Positions 46,901 through 57,536 are shown, numbered from the stretch's first letter. The stretch: 64,000 bases of DNA from Candidatus Altiarchaeia archaeon (GCA_049299895.1 JBAQYF010000006.1:29-64028), one strand, 5' to 3'. Notes: generated from the sequence alone by a model not told the origin. Numbers and translations are program-made.

Positions 46901-49900
46901 AGGCTAGAATCATTGCCTGCGTCCACATATCCCCTATTGAACACCATCGCCCCTCCGAATTTCCCTGAAGGGACATAACTGGTGCAGTTGTTTACTCCGT
47001 CGTTGCTCCAGGTAGAATGATCCTCGTAGTCAGTATTGTTATTGAAGCGCATCCAGAGAATCAGCGACCGGTTAAAATCTATCATCCCGGTCGTGTCGCC
47101 GCTCATATTGATCGAGGCGTTGACCCACAGCCAGGGCTTGTTCGTCGCCTCGTTTGTAAGCTTCGTCGGATAAACGAATGATATCCCGGGAGTAGATATG
47201 ACCGGGGCGATGGATACGCTGTCCGACGCATTCAGGGGTTCATAGCCAATGCTTGAACCGTTGCAGGAAACGTTCCACATGATGTCGCCGTCAGAGGGGA
47301 AACTTCTGTTGTATCGGTACAGCCGGGATGTGCTATTATAAACCATATACTGGGGGGTCGTCCAACCGGAAGAGAGATTAAAGGAGATACTGCAATAGAC
47401 GCCGGCACCTTTAACAGGCAGGCGGCTTGCCTTGCCGGTGTAGTTTGCGTAGAAGCTGCCTTGTTTATTCACATATATCACATTGCTTCCGCCCTCCGTG
47501 TCGTTGTCGTCCCATAAGGCCAGATCAGAGTTTACTCCGGTCGAATAAACGGTGAACCCTGTTACGTTGAATGAATAGTTCCCGGCCGAGTAAGCATCAG
47601 GTATGCAGCTATCGCACACCAGACCGTCGCGGTATATGAGCGGCGTTTGCCCGTAAGGCAGATTGTATAAAGAGATCACTGCGGACTTGTTAAGCCTCGG
47701 ATCCGCAGAGGAGCTGACGCGAATATAATTATGGGAGATATTTATCAACGCGTTTAGGTCCGCTCCTCCAGACAGATTAACGGATTCAACGTATACTATC
47801 TTCCCGTAATTGAGGGATTCGATCGTCAGATTGGTTATGTTGGACGTATCCTGCACATTAGATAGGTCGCTTGTTTCGCCTCCGAAGAAAGAGGATAATA
47901 TGACGTCAAAATACGCAGTCTGCGATGAAGCATTCAAGCCGCCGGAATCCGAGCAGTTCACCTTCCAGGCGTATCTGCCGGATGAAAGAATGCTTAAAGA
48001 GAAATTCTGTGCAACATCCCTTGATACGGAGGTATTCGTGCGATTAAGCGCGCCGTTTAAAACAAGGCTGCAGTTTATTTCACCATAGCCACCTGAGACC
48101 AGATAAAGGAATACTACCGATCCGTCATTGTCCCCGGAAAGATTTGCAGGCGACTGAAGCGACGCGCTTAGATCGTATTTCTCGCTCAACGGGAGATAGT
48201 CCGTATCGTTCCCGCAGGATGCGGCCCCGCTGCATGAGCCGTTAGCCAGAAGGTCATAGGGACTGTCGCAGAATCCATCGTGGTTTGCGTCAATGCACGT
48301 ATCCGAGTATCCCCCGCCTGAGGGATCGGTATAGTAGTTCCCGGCTATTTCACTTCCACGGGAATACACCCTTTGTCCCTGCCGCCGCGTAATATTCCAC
48401 GAATTATCTGCGAAGCTCCCGAACGCCGCAGGCCCTAATGAACCGTTGATGAGACAGTTATAGACCGTGTTGTCCAGAGCCCCTCCGGAGAAATACATCC
48501 CGTGCGATTGCCTGCTGGTTATGATAGAATTAGAGATTACGTTATCTGAGGCGCCGTTGATATGCACCCCGAATGCGTTCGTGGAGGATACGGAGATACT
48601 GTTCCCGGACAGGTTAATGCGAGAGGAATAATCCAGGTATATGCCGTCCGCATTATGTCCTGAAGTGACTAAAGTATTGTTGTAGACGGCAACGTAATTC
48701 GACCGGTATAAAAGGATGCCAAGGGCATCGCTGCCGGAGGTGTTTAAGTCATTACCTGAAACGTCGTTACCTGCGCCCCCGTACGAATACAACCCATAAC
48801 ATGCAGGCCCGGCAGTCCTGAGAGTATTATTCCTTATCGTGCCGTTTTGAGAGCCGTTCTGATAAATGCCATACGATTCTGCAACATAAGAACCCTGCAG
48901 TATGATGCAATTTTCAATCGTGACATTGTGATAGCCTGCAGAATTGTTCACACCGTACCCCTGGGCGGTTTGGGAATATGTTATTGAAAAACCGCGGCAA
49001 TCAAGGAAGATATTATCCGCACCTGCGTGCATGCACGTGCCGTTCGAAGAAACATTCGCCGTAAGATTGTAGGAAACACCGGGGAGATCAAGGGACATGC
49101 AATGATTTATGCCTCCATAAGGCGAATCGACTGTCAGATAGCGGATACTGCTCTGATTTGTAACGTTGTTTTTGCCGCATAACACATACCACGAGTGCGT
49201 CCCTTCGGTCAGCGAACGATTCACGGATATGGCGGTTGCAGTGCCGTTGTAAACATCCGGGTCATTTCCCGAGGGGATATTGTCAAGGAATAATTCGCAT
49301 GAATAATGCGCCCTATTCCCAGTAACTGTATAATTGAAACCAGGCATATTATCGCCGGTTACCGAGCGGTTCTCAGGGTAATTTATCGATAACGAGAATA
49401 AAGGCGCATAAACGGTCAGGTTATATTCAACCGAGATGCCTGTGTTCCCGGCCAGATCAATGCATGAGACAGACCAGTTATAGCCCCCGTTTGCCAGGGA
49501 GATGTTGTTGTAGTACTGGCTGGCATCTTTATTTGCAGAAGAATTTGTTATAACCGAGCCGTTTAACATAAGACTACAATTACTGTCTTCCGTTACGTTG
49601 TAGGTGAAATCAATCAGGCCTGAATCGATGTGATAAGTATTATTAAACGGAGAAAGGGGATAAACGACCGGACGGGTCAGATCGACAATAAGAGACCGCA
49701 TATTGTAGGGCGCATCGGTGTAACCTGCAAGGCCGGAAGTATCGTTAGCCCATCCGTAATATGCGTACGTACCCTCTGACAGATTGGTTGCGTTGCTGTA
49801 AAACCGCCAGTGGGTAGAGTTATATTTTTGGAATTCCGAGGAATAACGGAAAAAAACCTCATTTTGCGTAAGGGCACGATTAAAGACATTCACTTCATCA

Positions 49901-51738
49901 ATCAAACCCCCGGTCATGCTGCCGATCAACAGATCTGAACTGGCCGCGTTTACTGAAACCTGCGGAACTGAGACGGCAACCTTCGCGGAATCAACGTACA
50001 GGAGCATGGATGCGCTCCGGTCATATGATAAAACAACGTAGTGCCAGCCGGCGCTAAGATTATATCTCAAAGAGTTATCGCTGATGAAAGCGATCAACTC
50101 ATTGTCAAATGAGGTAACCAGAGCATAGCTGTTCTGCGACTTCCCCAGTAGGGTTCCGCGAAGGGATTTAACCGGGACGTTGCTGCTTGTAACAGACCCG
50201 TTTCCAAGCTGGCCATCGCTACCGTCTCCCCAGCACATCACGGAACCGTTAGCCTCAACCCCGCAGGAATGATACTCGCCTGCGCCTATGGCAGTAAAAT
50301 TCAATTGTCCCGCAACATAAACGGGCGAAGGACTATTGGCGTCGATAGAACCATTTCCAAGCTGGCCGTAATAGTTATCACCCCAGCACAGGGCAGATCC
50401 GTTTAGCAAAATACCGCAGGTATGCGAGCCAGTAACGCTGACATCTATAGTCACATAATTATGATTGCCAGCTATCGCAACAGGGATATTCTGATCAATA
50501 TAAGACCCACTCCCCAGCTTACCATTTGAATTCGATCCCCAACAGACCGCGGAATTATCGGTCAGTACACCACAAGAATAGTGATTTCCCGCACGTATTT
50601 GCTTGAACCGGCGGTTTCCGCCCACATAAATCGGGACCCATGCATCAATACCGGTGGATCCATTACCCAGCTGCCCATTGCCGTTATAGCCCCAGCATAG
50701 TGCGGAATCATTCTCGAGCACCCCGCAGGTATGGCGTAGTCCGACGCTTATCCGGGTGAAGTTATAGTTACCGGAAACATAAACAGGCGCCAAGCTATAA
50801 TCGTTTGTCCCCGCAGAACTCCCATTCCCAAGCTGGCCTTTATTGTTACTACCCCAGCATATCGCAGTTTTATTTATCAGAATCCCACAAGTATGATAAC
50901 CGGCATCGATAGTTGAAAAGATATGGTTCCCCGCCACATAAACAGGATACGGACTGCTCGTTCCAGAAGAACCATTGCCCAGCTGGCCCTCTGCGTTATT
51001 TCCCCAGCACAAAACAGACCCATTTTTCAGCACGCCACACGTATGCTGCAGTCCTGCGCTTATCAACGTAAAATTGTATCCCCCGATAACTGGAACCGGC
51101 ATGTTCCGGGAAAGATACGATCCATCGCCTAACTGCCCATAGGTATTCTTTCCCCAGCAAACTGCTGCGCCTCCGGTAAGGAGAGCGCACGAGTGAGAAT
51201 CACCGACTGATACGTTGAGAACAGAATCAGGCAAAATATTCAGCCATGCCGCAAGCGTCAGCTGACCGGTGAAATTCAGGCTCGCATCATCCGGAACCCG
51301 TATGTAATCATCTCCTCCGTCGAACTGCATGGCTCCGCCGAATCTCCCGGAGGAGTTCCATGAGGCCCCGTATACAGTGCCGTTGTTACCCTGCCGGGAG
51401 ATGTCCGTAACATGCGTGGAGTTCTCGCCGATGGCGTAATTGTTGTTGTAATTGAATGCCAGAACAAGCGAACTGTCGTATACGGATGTATTCGTCCCGT
51501 TCCAGTTGAACCGGAAGGAATCCAGATTATGCTCTTTTATGGATACGTTTATTTCAGTCCACGTATTCTTGGTAAATCCCCCGTCACCCTTGGAGGGATA
51601 AGTATAATTCAAAATGGGATAGGCATACGACACGCAGGAAGAAAGGATAAAAAAGCAGATGGCGAGCAATAAATAAAACCTCGGCCCACGGACCCTTTTC
51701 TTGTAACCAGTGTCTACCGACCCTATGAAATAGCGCAT
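40912..51738 (-). CDS. Giant (~3600 aa) surface protein: LamG with inserted 7-blade RCC1 propeller, Ig-like domains, right-handed beta-helix, second LamG, many sequon-rich repeat modules with poly-T/poly-S linkers, PKD domain, C-terminal TM and coiled-coil tail
   Basis: ORF 40912..51765; the likely start is ATG 51738 (MRYFIG...FYLLLAICFFILSSCVSYA). There are seven CWG.N..GQLG.GS repeats. Beta-helix repeats read ..NVTIENCII..GTIRNNTL... LamG ends with IDEV.(I/V)(W/F)(D/N)R.L. The PKD module reads WDFGDGS. The TM is AAVVALFLIAVLSFFYL, followed by a ~115-aa charged tail. Confidence 0.9.
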   Translation of the reverse strand: MRYFIGSVDTGYKKRVRGPRFYLLLAICFFILSSCVSYAYPILNYTYPSKGDGGFTKNTWTEINVSIKEHNLDSFRFNWNGTNTSVYDSSLVLAFNYNNNYAIGENSTHVTDISRQGNNGTVYGASWNSSGRFGGAMQFDGGDDYIRVPDDASLNFTGQLTLAAWLNILPDSVLNVSVGDSHSCALLTGGAAVCWGKNTYGQLGDGSYLSRNMPVPVIGGYNFTLISAGLQHTCGVLKNGSVLCWGNNAEGQLGNGSSGTSSPYPVYVAGNHIFSTIDAGYHTCGILINKTAICWGSNNKGQLGNGSSAGTNDYSLAPVYVSGNYNFTRISVGLRHTCGVLENDSALCWGYNGNGQLGNGSTGIDAWVPIYVGGNRRFKQIRAGNHYSCGVLTDNSAVCWGSNSNGKLGSGSYIDQNIPVAIAGNHNYVTIDVSVTGSHTCGILLNGSALCWGDNYYGQLGNGSIDANSPSPVYVAGQLNFTAIGAGEYHSCGVEANGSVMCWGDGSDGQLGNGSVTSSNVPVKSLRGTLLGKSQNSYALVTSFDNELIAFISDNSLRYNLSAGWHYVVLSYDRSASMLLYVDSAKVAVSVPQVSVNAASSDLLIGSMTGGLIDEVNVFNRALTQNEVFFRYSSEFQKYNSTHWRFYSNATNLSEGTYAYYGWANDTSGLAGYTDAPYNMRSLIVDLTRPVVYPLSPFNNTYHIDSGLIDFTYNVTEDSNCSLMLNGSVITNSSANKDASQYYNNISLANGGYNWSVSCIDLAGNTGISVEYNLTVYAPLFSLSINYPENRSVTGDNMPGFNYTVTGNRAHYSCELFLDNIPSGNDPDVYNGTATAISVNRSLTEGTHSWYVLCGKNNVTNQSSIRYLTVDSPYGGINHCMSLDLPGVSYNLTANVSSNGTCMHAGADNIFLDCRGFSITYSQTAQGYGVNNSAGYHNVTIENCIILQGSYVAESYGIYQNGSQNGTIRNNTLRTAGPACYGLYSYGGAGNDVSGNDLNTSGSDALGILLYRSNYVAVYNNTLVTSGHNADGIYLDYSSRINLSGNSISVSSTNAFGVHINGASDNVISNSIITSRQSHGMYFSGGALDNTVYNCLINGSLGPAAFGSFADNSWNITRRQGQRVYSRGSEIAGNYYTDPSGGGYSDTCIDANHDGFCDSPYDLLANGSCSGAASCGNDTDYLPLSEKYDLSASLQSPANLSGDNDGSVVFLYLVSGGYGEINCSLVLNGALNRTNTSVSRDVAQNFSLSILSSGRYAWKVNCSDSGGLNASSQTAYFDVILSSFFGGETSDLSNVQDTSNITNLTIESLNYGKIVYVESVNLSGGADLNALINISHNYIRVSSSADPRLNKSAVISLYNLPYGQTPLIYRDGLVCDSCIPDAYSAGNYSFNVTGFTVYSTGVNSDLALWDDNDTEGGSNVIYVNKQGSFYANYTGKASRLPVKGAGVYCSISFNLSSGWTTPQYMVYNSTSRLYRYNRSFPSDGDIMWNVSCNGSSIGYEPLNASDSVSIAPVISTPGISFVYPTKLTNEATNKPWLWVNASINMSGDTTGMIDFNRSLILWMRFNNNTDYEDHSTWSNDGVNNCTSYVPSGKFGGAMVFNRGYVDAGNDSSLNLGKYFTLEAWVNINQYSNSVIISKSQPGISVIGKYMSYGLYLDSSGVAYVAARSSGGSMSTSTTRAVKKGEWVHLAGIFSEGYLYIYVNGVLNSSAGYMSITPEVNGQHVSIGAPIVGGVANLSYSFNGSIDEVRIWDRVLSTEERLSSYNSTRNGIYKNYSSDIVDGTYSYSAHVQDLYGNVNSTSAENVIVDTVKPLISYNSTTSPEGALVSNYLYVNVRATDLNRESVILEWNGTNESFDNNDGIYFWENKTGLVLGNYTVRAFINDTSGNWNSTSLRTYKIVLPTILPVVYNCGSNVSDVYPGESIRVALNVSNGTYPLVNAFFELNSDSSMNYSHGNYSPLSGDNHSYWYDLDTTDFSGGNYSLRCYVNDSRGYLALMDDSNFSVLTRPDITSCVFDNASVMRSWNITFNQSVTPGSFNIVTALFEFNGTNYSASGGNGTFYNLSFNTSSMGTGNYTLKCWANDSGNNSVYYTSGNFSIVTTTTTTTTTTTTLAPYVSLHSPLNQTYYAANISLNYTVTPGTADLDTCWYNLNSDANFSLPGCFNITLNLSDGAYYAIVYANDSAELVTNTSTAYFEVMFTSSSSSSSSSSSSSSSSSSSSSTTTTTFAPVIRMESPLNQTYYAANISLNYTVLNGTGSIDSCWYDLNGSVGLSLPGCFNITLNLSDGDYYTVVYANDSAALITNTSATHFMVRFTSSSSSSSSSSSSSSSSSSSSSTTTSTTTTLPVILSCAASPAIVYRGDAVNLSQNVTPDPPMVSAVFEINGTDNRTSADSAYIASNTRAYWYDLDTTNLSGNVSLTCYSTDALGHVVSLGGGSFTVRTTSTSTTTTTTTSTTTSTTIIPPSITYCLADELSVSQGNALRLKQNVSAGDYSLDQILFDVNGSQNYTYNDSLGSMYWYDLDTSGLSGDYNLTCYVNDTNNNLASLPGGLFTVLTTTTTTTASTTSTSLPEFYVTLYSPPALSSTTNNTPAFSYIVVGMNTSYDCILLLNGSQKGGNSTSLNDTLTQIVPAPLSQGTYYWLVNCSANTAWNTSASRIISIAATTTTTSTTTTTTILPLVEYCGVNESTVTPGIFIQLMQNATNGTSPIDTAFFAVNNSVNHTNYTYSTNDGNRYLYHMNTFGMLGKYSLSCYVNDTGGNMAYLADGVFIVATTAATTTTTTSPPATEPTTTSTTTSSTSSTTSSSSTTSSTTTTTILPLISICSANASSIYRGEYLRLSQENSAGTYSLDTAFFRINEAVDYVYSERSGNSYWYDLDTSGLAGNYSLMCLVNDSAGNVASLDDGIFTVRTTSTTTTTRAYHHSGSSDDEDDEDTQAPTTKAPTTTQSPATTSPQTTAAVSSTMFPTTFSPVTTAPVTTIPGTTLISFPSTTEYAVTTTLVTGTTIEGASSTTPTTEYAVGTSIISPTTLPSAGRDITDSTSPGSQTTIPGRDHDNHDTGGETVSTTIPGIRADPLADAGGPYTSTVGAPIFFNGEGSIRSNNSQFLWDFGDGSSAVGVIVGHAYTMSGTYKATLSLVDELGGKDRDSRMVYVSPLAVYVDISADPQKERYQIGDVLSGISVSVYYSNGSGIGGAHVTGMLSGRRNVSLSFEEQVAGKYYARLDYALLNGEGDFIDLFVNASDYGGNSAGSVKKLILVPKETDLRIIVQSPVGRTFAYGQVVDFSVSFDSGGKQLDEGDLVLYEEWTNNKYSFKRSGKNYLLTYVIPEKARTHIPLILYGTGNMDGKKQSSVKDLGFDLSHELLIEILSPKNGENLSKAGVILLRVAYPDGSGISDEGITGTVQESDVFFRKMGDTYIGNYSFRLSDSKIYVSVADRFGNAGASKAKISGDEVTSPQALLTERNLMQGTAAVVALFLIAVLSFFYLERMRQKAAIQREYEKVLLHIDGLKDVKKNVMQEYYSRKLSEEDARKVVLDNERELVIEQDHLKQIMRRLGSKYWKIEGKKEVIEWITRELKAGKKPEDLKKQLKEKGMDASMVDDIGRKQAL

Positions 51739-51838
51739 CTTTTGAGTCAACAGTAGAGCCAGCACCCGACCCCTAGCATATTAAATTATATTATAGAAAG
51801 TATATAAGACAGAAAAACGGGCACATGAAAGGAAAGAA

Positions 51839-52123
51839 GGCAGTGGTCTATAGTCCATCTTTTGTAGGTCTTTAAAACATGGTCCGGATGGACCACTAGA
51901 TGACCTTAGGGCATTCTTCTAAGCGTCGCATAGGACTTGCACCCAAGCCGCGCTCCGTTTCACAAGACCTGTGGCGTCTTCAGCTAGATGCATCATAATC
52001 GAACCGCCACTGGCCGTCTACGTCTCTGTAACGCGGCATCAGCTTACGCCGAATATTTATGCGAGGGGTGGATGGAACTTACCTCCCCGTCAAATAGACA
52101 GGGACAGCCCGGCGACCACTACC
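51839..52123 (-). ncRNA. rnpB: Structured RNA, best read as RNase P RNA
   Basis: This is a GC-rich island in an AT-rich spacer. The minus-strand RNA has a 10-bp terminal helix (GGUAGUGGUC / GACCACUGCC, with a G-U only in this orientation). A hairpin CCCUGUC-UAUUU-GACGGGG is followed by GGGGAGGUAAGUUCC (compare the universal GGAGGAAAGUCC). GUGAAACGG lies mid-molecule. Near the 3' end, ACAAAAGAUGGACU (compare ACAGAA..GGCUUA) can pair with UCCAUC/AAG of the 5' motif as a P4 helix with a bulged U. An AAATAAATT TATA-like box lies ~27 nt upstream and a T-rich run downstream. Confidence 0.55.
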
Positions 52124-52158
52124 TGGATATATAGCGGATTACGGGAATTTATTTGAAT

Positions 52159-52383
52159 TCAATCATCCCTTTTCCCAGGATAAGTATTCCTCCCGCCGCA
52201 GATTATTTCCCTTCCTGGATTCGCCGTCCCCTGGAAGCATGTGCATGTACCGCATTTCCCGCAGCAATTGCAGGAGCCGCTATCGCATGACGCGTTAGCC
52301 AGACAGGCTGGATTTTTCCATCTGCCCGTCGCAGCCTCATACGACATCCCCATATGTATCCCATCCGCCGCACGCGACCCCAT
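52159..52383 (-). CDS. Small Cys-rich ORF (hypothetical)
   Basis: 74 aa with core CLANASCDSGSCNCCGKCGTCTC. It is a GC-rich patch between AT-rich spacers. No SD and no homology recognised. Confidence 0.3.
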   Translation of the reverse strand: MGSRAADGIHMGMSYEAATGRWKNPACLANASCDSGSCNCCGKCGTCTCFQGTANPGREIICGGRNTYPGKRDD

Positions 52384-52542
52384 TTAGATCATTTGTATTA
52401 GTCTGCGTTTATTCGTACAGAGACTAAACAGCAAATAAAGAAATTAAAAACAGGCCAAATTGTATTCTAAAGGTGTGATACATGCTAATCATTAGCTATT
52501 ACCTCAATCATTAATAAAACGTAGTTATCCCAGACAATCGCA

Positions 52543-53970
52543 TCATGTGCGGTCTGCACAGTCCTGAGGGCATGTGATTCTGTCTTCGTCTTCCTCACAT
52601 GCCAGGTTCCCGCACACCGAATTTATTTCGCAATCAATGGCGCAGTTAGTCGCGTTCTCGCCTACGGGTTTTTCGCAGAAGCCGTTCCCGCAGACAGACC
52701 TATGCAGTCCGCAATCCACGGGACAATTCAACTCATTCTCGCCTGTTGCGCAGAAATTATCCCCGCAGACGATCCTTTTCTCAATGCAGTCCCGCGCGCA
52801 GCTTGCCTGGCTCTCCCCGACCTCACAGAACCCGTTGCCGCAATCCGCCCCGTTACCGCAGTCCTGGGGACAATTTTTTCCGTCTTCTCCCTGTTCACAA
52901 TAAATATTTCCGCAGACCGGCGCATTTACGCATTTCCCATCTTTGCAGATCGCTCCGCTGACCGGCCCGCACGGAGAGCACACTGCGTTCTTGCACTCAG
53001 CCGGAAGACTTGATGAATAGTCTTTACCGCTTTCGTATACGACGATGATTCCATCCAATCTGCTCTTTGGAAGAACTGTTGGACAGGCGCAGCATGCGCC
53101 GAGGTTTACCGCGACGACGCAATCGAATGAATCTACGCATTCCTGCCCTGCCGAGTCTTTGCAGTCAGGGGGACAATTGCACTTGTTTTCACCCTTACCA
53201 CAGATGCCGTCTCCGCATTTGAGGCAATAGTAGCCGTAATTGTCCAATGCTAGACACTTCCCTGATCGGTCAGGTTCCCACTGGTCGAACACTTTGATCA
53301 ATCCGGGGCAGCATTCTTTGCTCTTATCTTCGCCGAGGCCGCCCAGCCTTTCGCCTTCCTCGACGCATTCTGATTCAGTATTGGAACAATCCTGAGGGCA
53401 GTTGCACCTGTTCTCGCCTTTGCCGCATATCCCGTCTCCGCAATTGACACAGATCATAAAACCCGCAGGCGTGAGGCTGCAACCGCCGCGTCCGTCAGGT
53501 CTGGGCTCGTCTACGATCTTTGACAGCCCAGAACAGCACTGCGGCAAATCGTTGTTAAAATGACCCGCAGTCTCGCCTTCTTTGGCACAGTTCTGATTCG
53601 TCAAAGTGGTAGTCGACGTGCCACTACAGTCCTCCGGGCAGTTGCACCTGTTCTCGCCGCTGTCGCACACTCCATTCCCGCAGGGTTTGCATATGCTTCC
53701 ACAGCTTGCAGTTATACATTGTCCGTTCTGCTCCAGGGAGAGTTGTATATGAGTTAGTCCTTGACAGCATGGAATCGTTCCTGGTACGCACGGTACATCT
53801 TCGTCCCTGCATTTACAAACACATCTTGATCCATCGCCACCGACGGCTACTATCCCTCCAACATCAGCACATTCCTTCCTTTCTTCCTCCGAGGGGCCTG
53901 CAGAGAGCTTCTTTGTACATATATCCTGGTAAGAGCTATTGTTCTCTGTAACAATTTGTTTGTTTTCCAC
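52543..53970 (-). CDS. Cys-rich repeat protein (8 x CG(D/N)GxC...E....C..DC units), signal peptide displaced to another frame
   Basis: 475-aa ORF with a GTG start and no signal peptide. A signal-like ORF (ATG 54034, MNHHKFIFGMFLVCMCFF..) lies just upstream and is separated by an A8/T8 tract at 53979..53986. Confidence 0.75.
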   Translation of the reverse strand: MENKQIVTENNSSYQDICTKKLSAGPSEEERKECADVGGIVAVGGDGSRCVCKCRDEDVPCVPGTIPCCQGLTHIQLSLEQNGQCITASCGSICKPCGNGVCDSGENRCNCPEDCSGTSTTTLTNQNCAKEGETAGHFNNDLPQCCSGLSKIVDEPRPDGRGGCSLTPAGFMICVNCGDGICGKGENRCNCPQDCSNTESECVEEGERLGGLGEDKSKECCPGLIKVFDQWEPDRSGKCLALDNYGYYCLKCGDGICGKGENKCNCPPDCKDSAGQECVDSFDCVVAVNLGACCACPTVLPKSRLDGIIVVYESGKDYSSSLPAECKNAVCSPCGPVSGAICKDGKCVNAPVCGNIYCEQGEDGKNCPQDCGNGADCGNGFCEVGESQASCARDCIEKRIVCGDNFCATGENELNCPVDCGLHRSVCGNGFCEKPVGENATNCAIDCEINSVCGNLACEEDEDRITCPQDCADRT

Positions 53971-54119
53971 GCAAAGGCAAAAAAAAGCACATGCAGACTA
54001 AGAACATACCGAATATAAATTTGTGGTGATTCATTTTGGATCGATTAATGAATTTGACGATATACCTTAATAAGAACCACACAGACAGTTAAACGCTTCG
54101 CACCAGATCCATTAAACAA

Positions 54120-54371
54120 AAATACGAAGCTAACGCATATAGAAAAAAAATCCAAAAGTCATACACGTTTGATAAGAAGAAAAATATAACAAAACAATGA
54201 TGAATTACCGTGCACAAGAACCTTAAGCAGGTTCACGAACAATGGATTTCGCTCCTGCTCAATCCACTTGACGAATTAAATACGAAGCTAGCGCATGTAG
54301 GTCATAATTTTGATGATCATACAAGTCATAAGAAAAATAATAAACGAACATGTATGAGTTACCGTGCACAA
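54120..54371 (-). repeat. Two ~95-nt direct repeats (period 158 nt) immediately 3' of the 23S gene
   Basis: 54120..54217 and 54278..54371 share AAATACGAAGCTA(A/G)CGCAT(A/G)TAG....(G)TTACCGTGCACAA. The proximal copy supplies the strand complementary to the 23S 5' flank (57262..57290). Confidence 0.6.
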
Positions 54372-54386
54372 ATAGTTTATCGCTAG

Positions 54387-57250
<2,864 letters not shown>

Positions 57251-57536
57251 CTCTGGCGAACTATTTTATGCACGGTCTCATACATGCAGTTAACTTGAGT
57301 TAAATGCACTCGACCCTTCGGACCCAACACTTCGATCGGGTACTGCATATAAGATATTAAAATGATAAATGAATTTTTTCTTCCTTGTTTATTTCATAGA
57401 ACCTGATATTTTCTGAGCATTTCTGGGGGTAGTCATTTAAGCACAGGCCGACTATAAGTCTACTACCCTTGATTGAAAAATTTTAATGAATAAGATATTA
57501 CGCACGAAGTATTTAAAAATACTCTATGCAATCGCA

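Noticed and set aside
51839-52123. SRP (7S) RNA as an alternative identity for the structured RNA
   Set aside because: GCCGGGC...CCUGU and CAGGUC..GAAACGGAGC resemble SRP Alu and helix-8 strings. However, I found no GNAR tetraloop hairpin with the GGAAG..AGCA loops and no two-hairpin Alu domain. The CR-I / ACA(A)AA / P4 arrangement of RNase P fits better. A covariance-model search is still needed.
51971-52156. 61-aa plus-strand ORF in the 51.8-52.1 kb spacer
   Set aside because: It lies entirely within the structured-RNA candidate on the opposite strand. The segment is better explained as an RNA gene.
54000-54386. A 5S rRNA gene downstream of the 23S
   Set aside because: The sequence is AT-rich and consists of two direct repeats plus a short spacer. 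I saw no 5S-like helices or conserved loop sequences.
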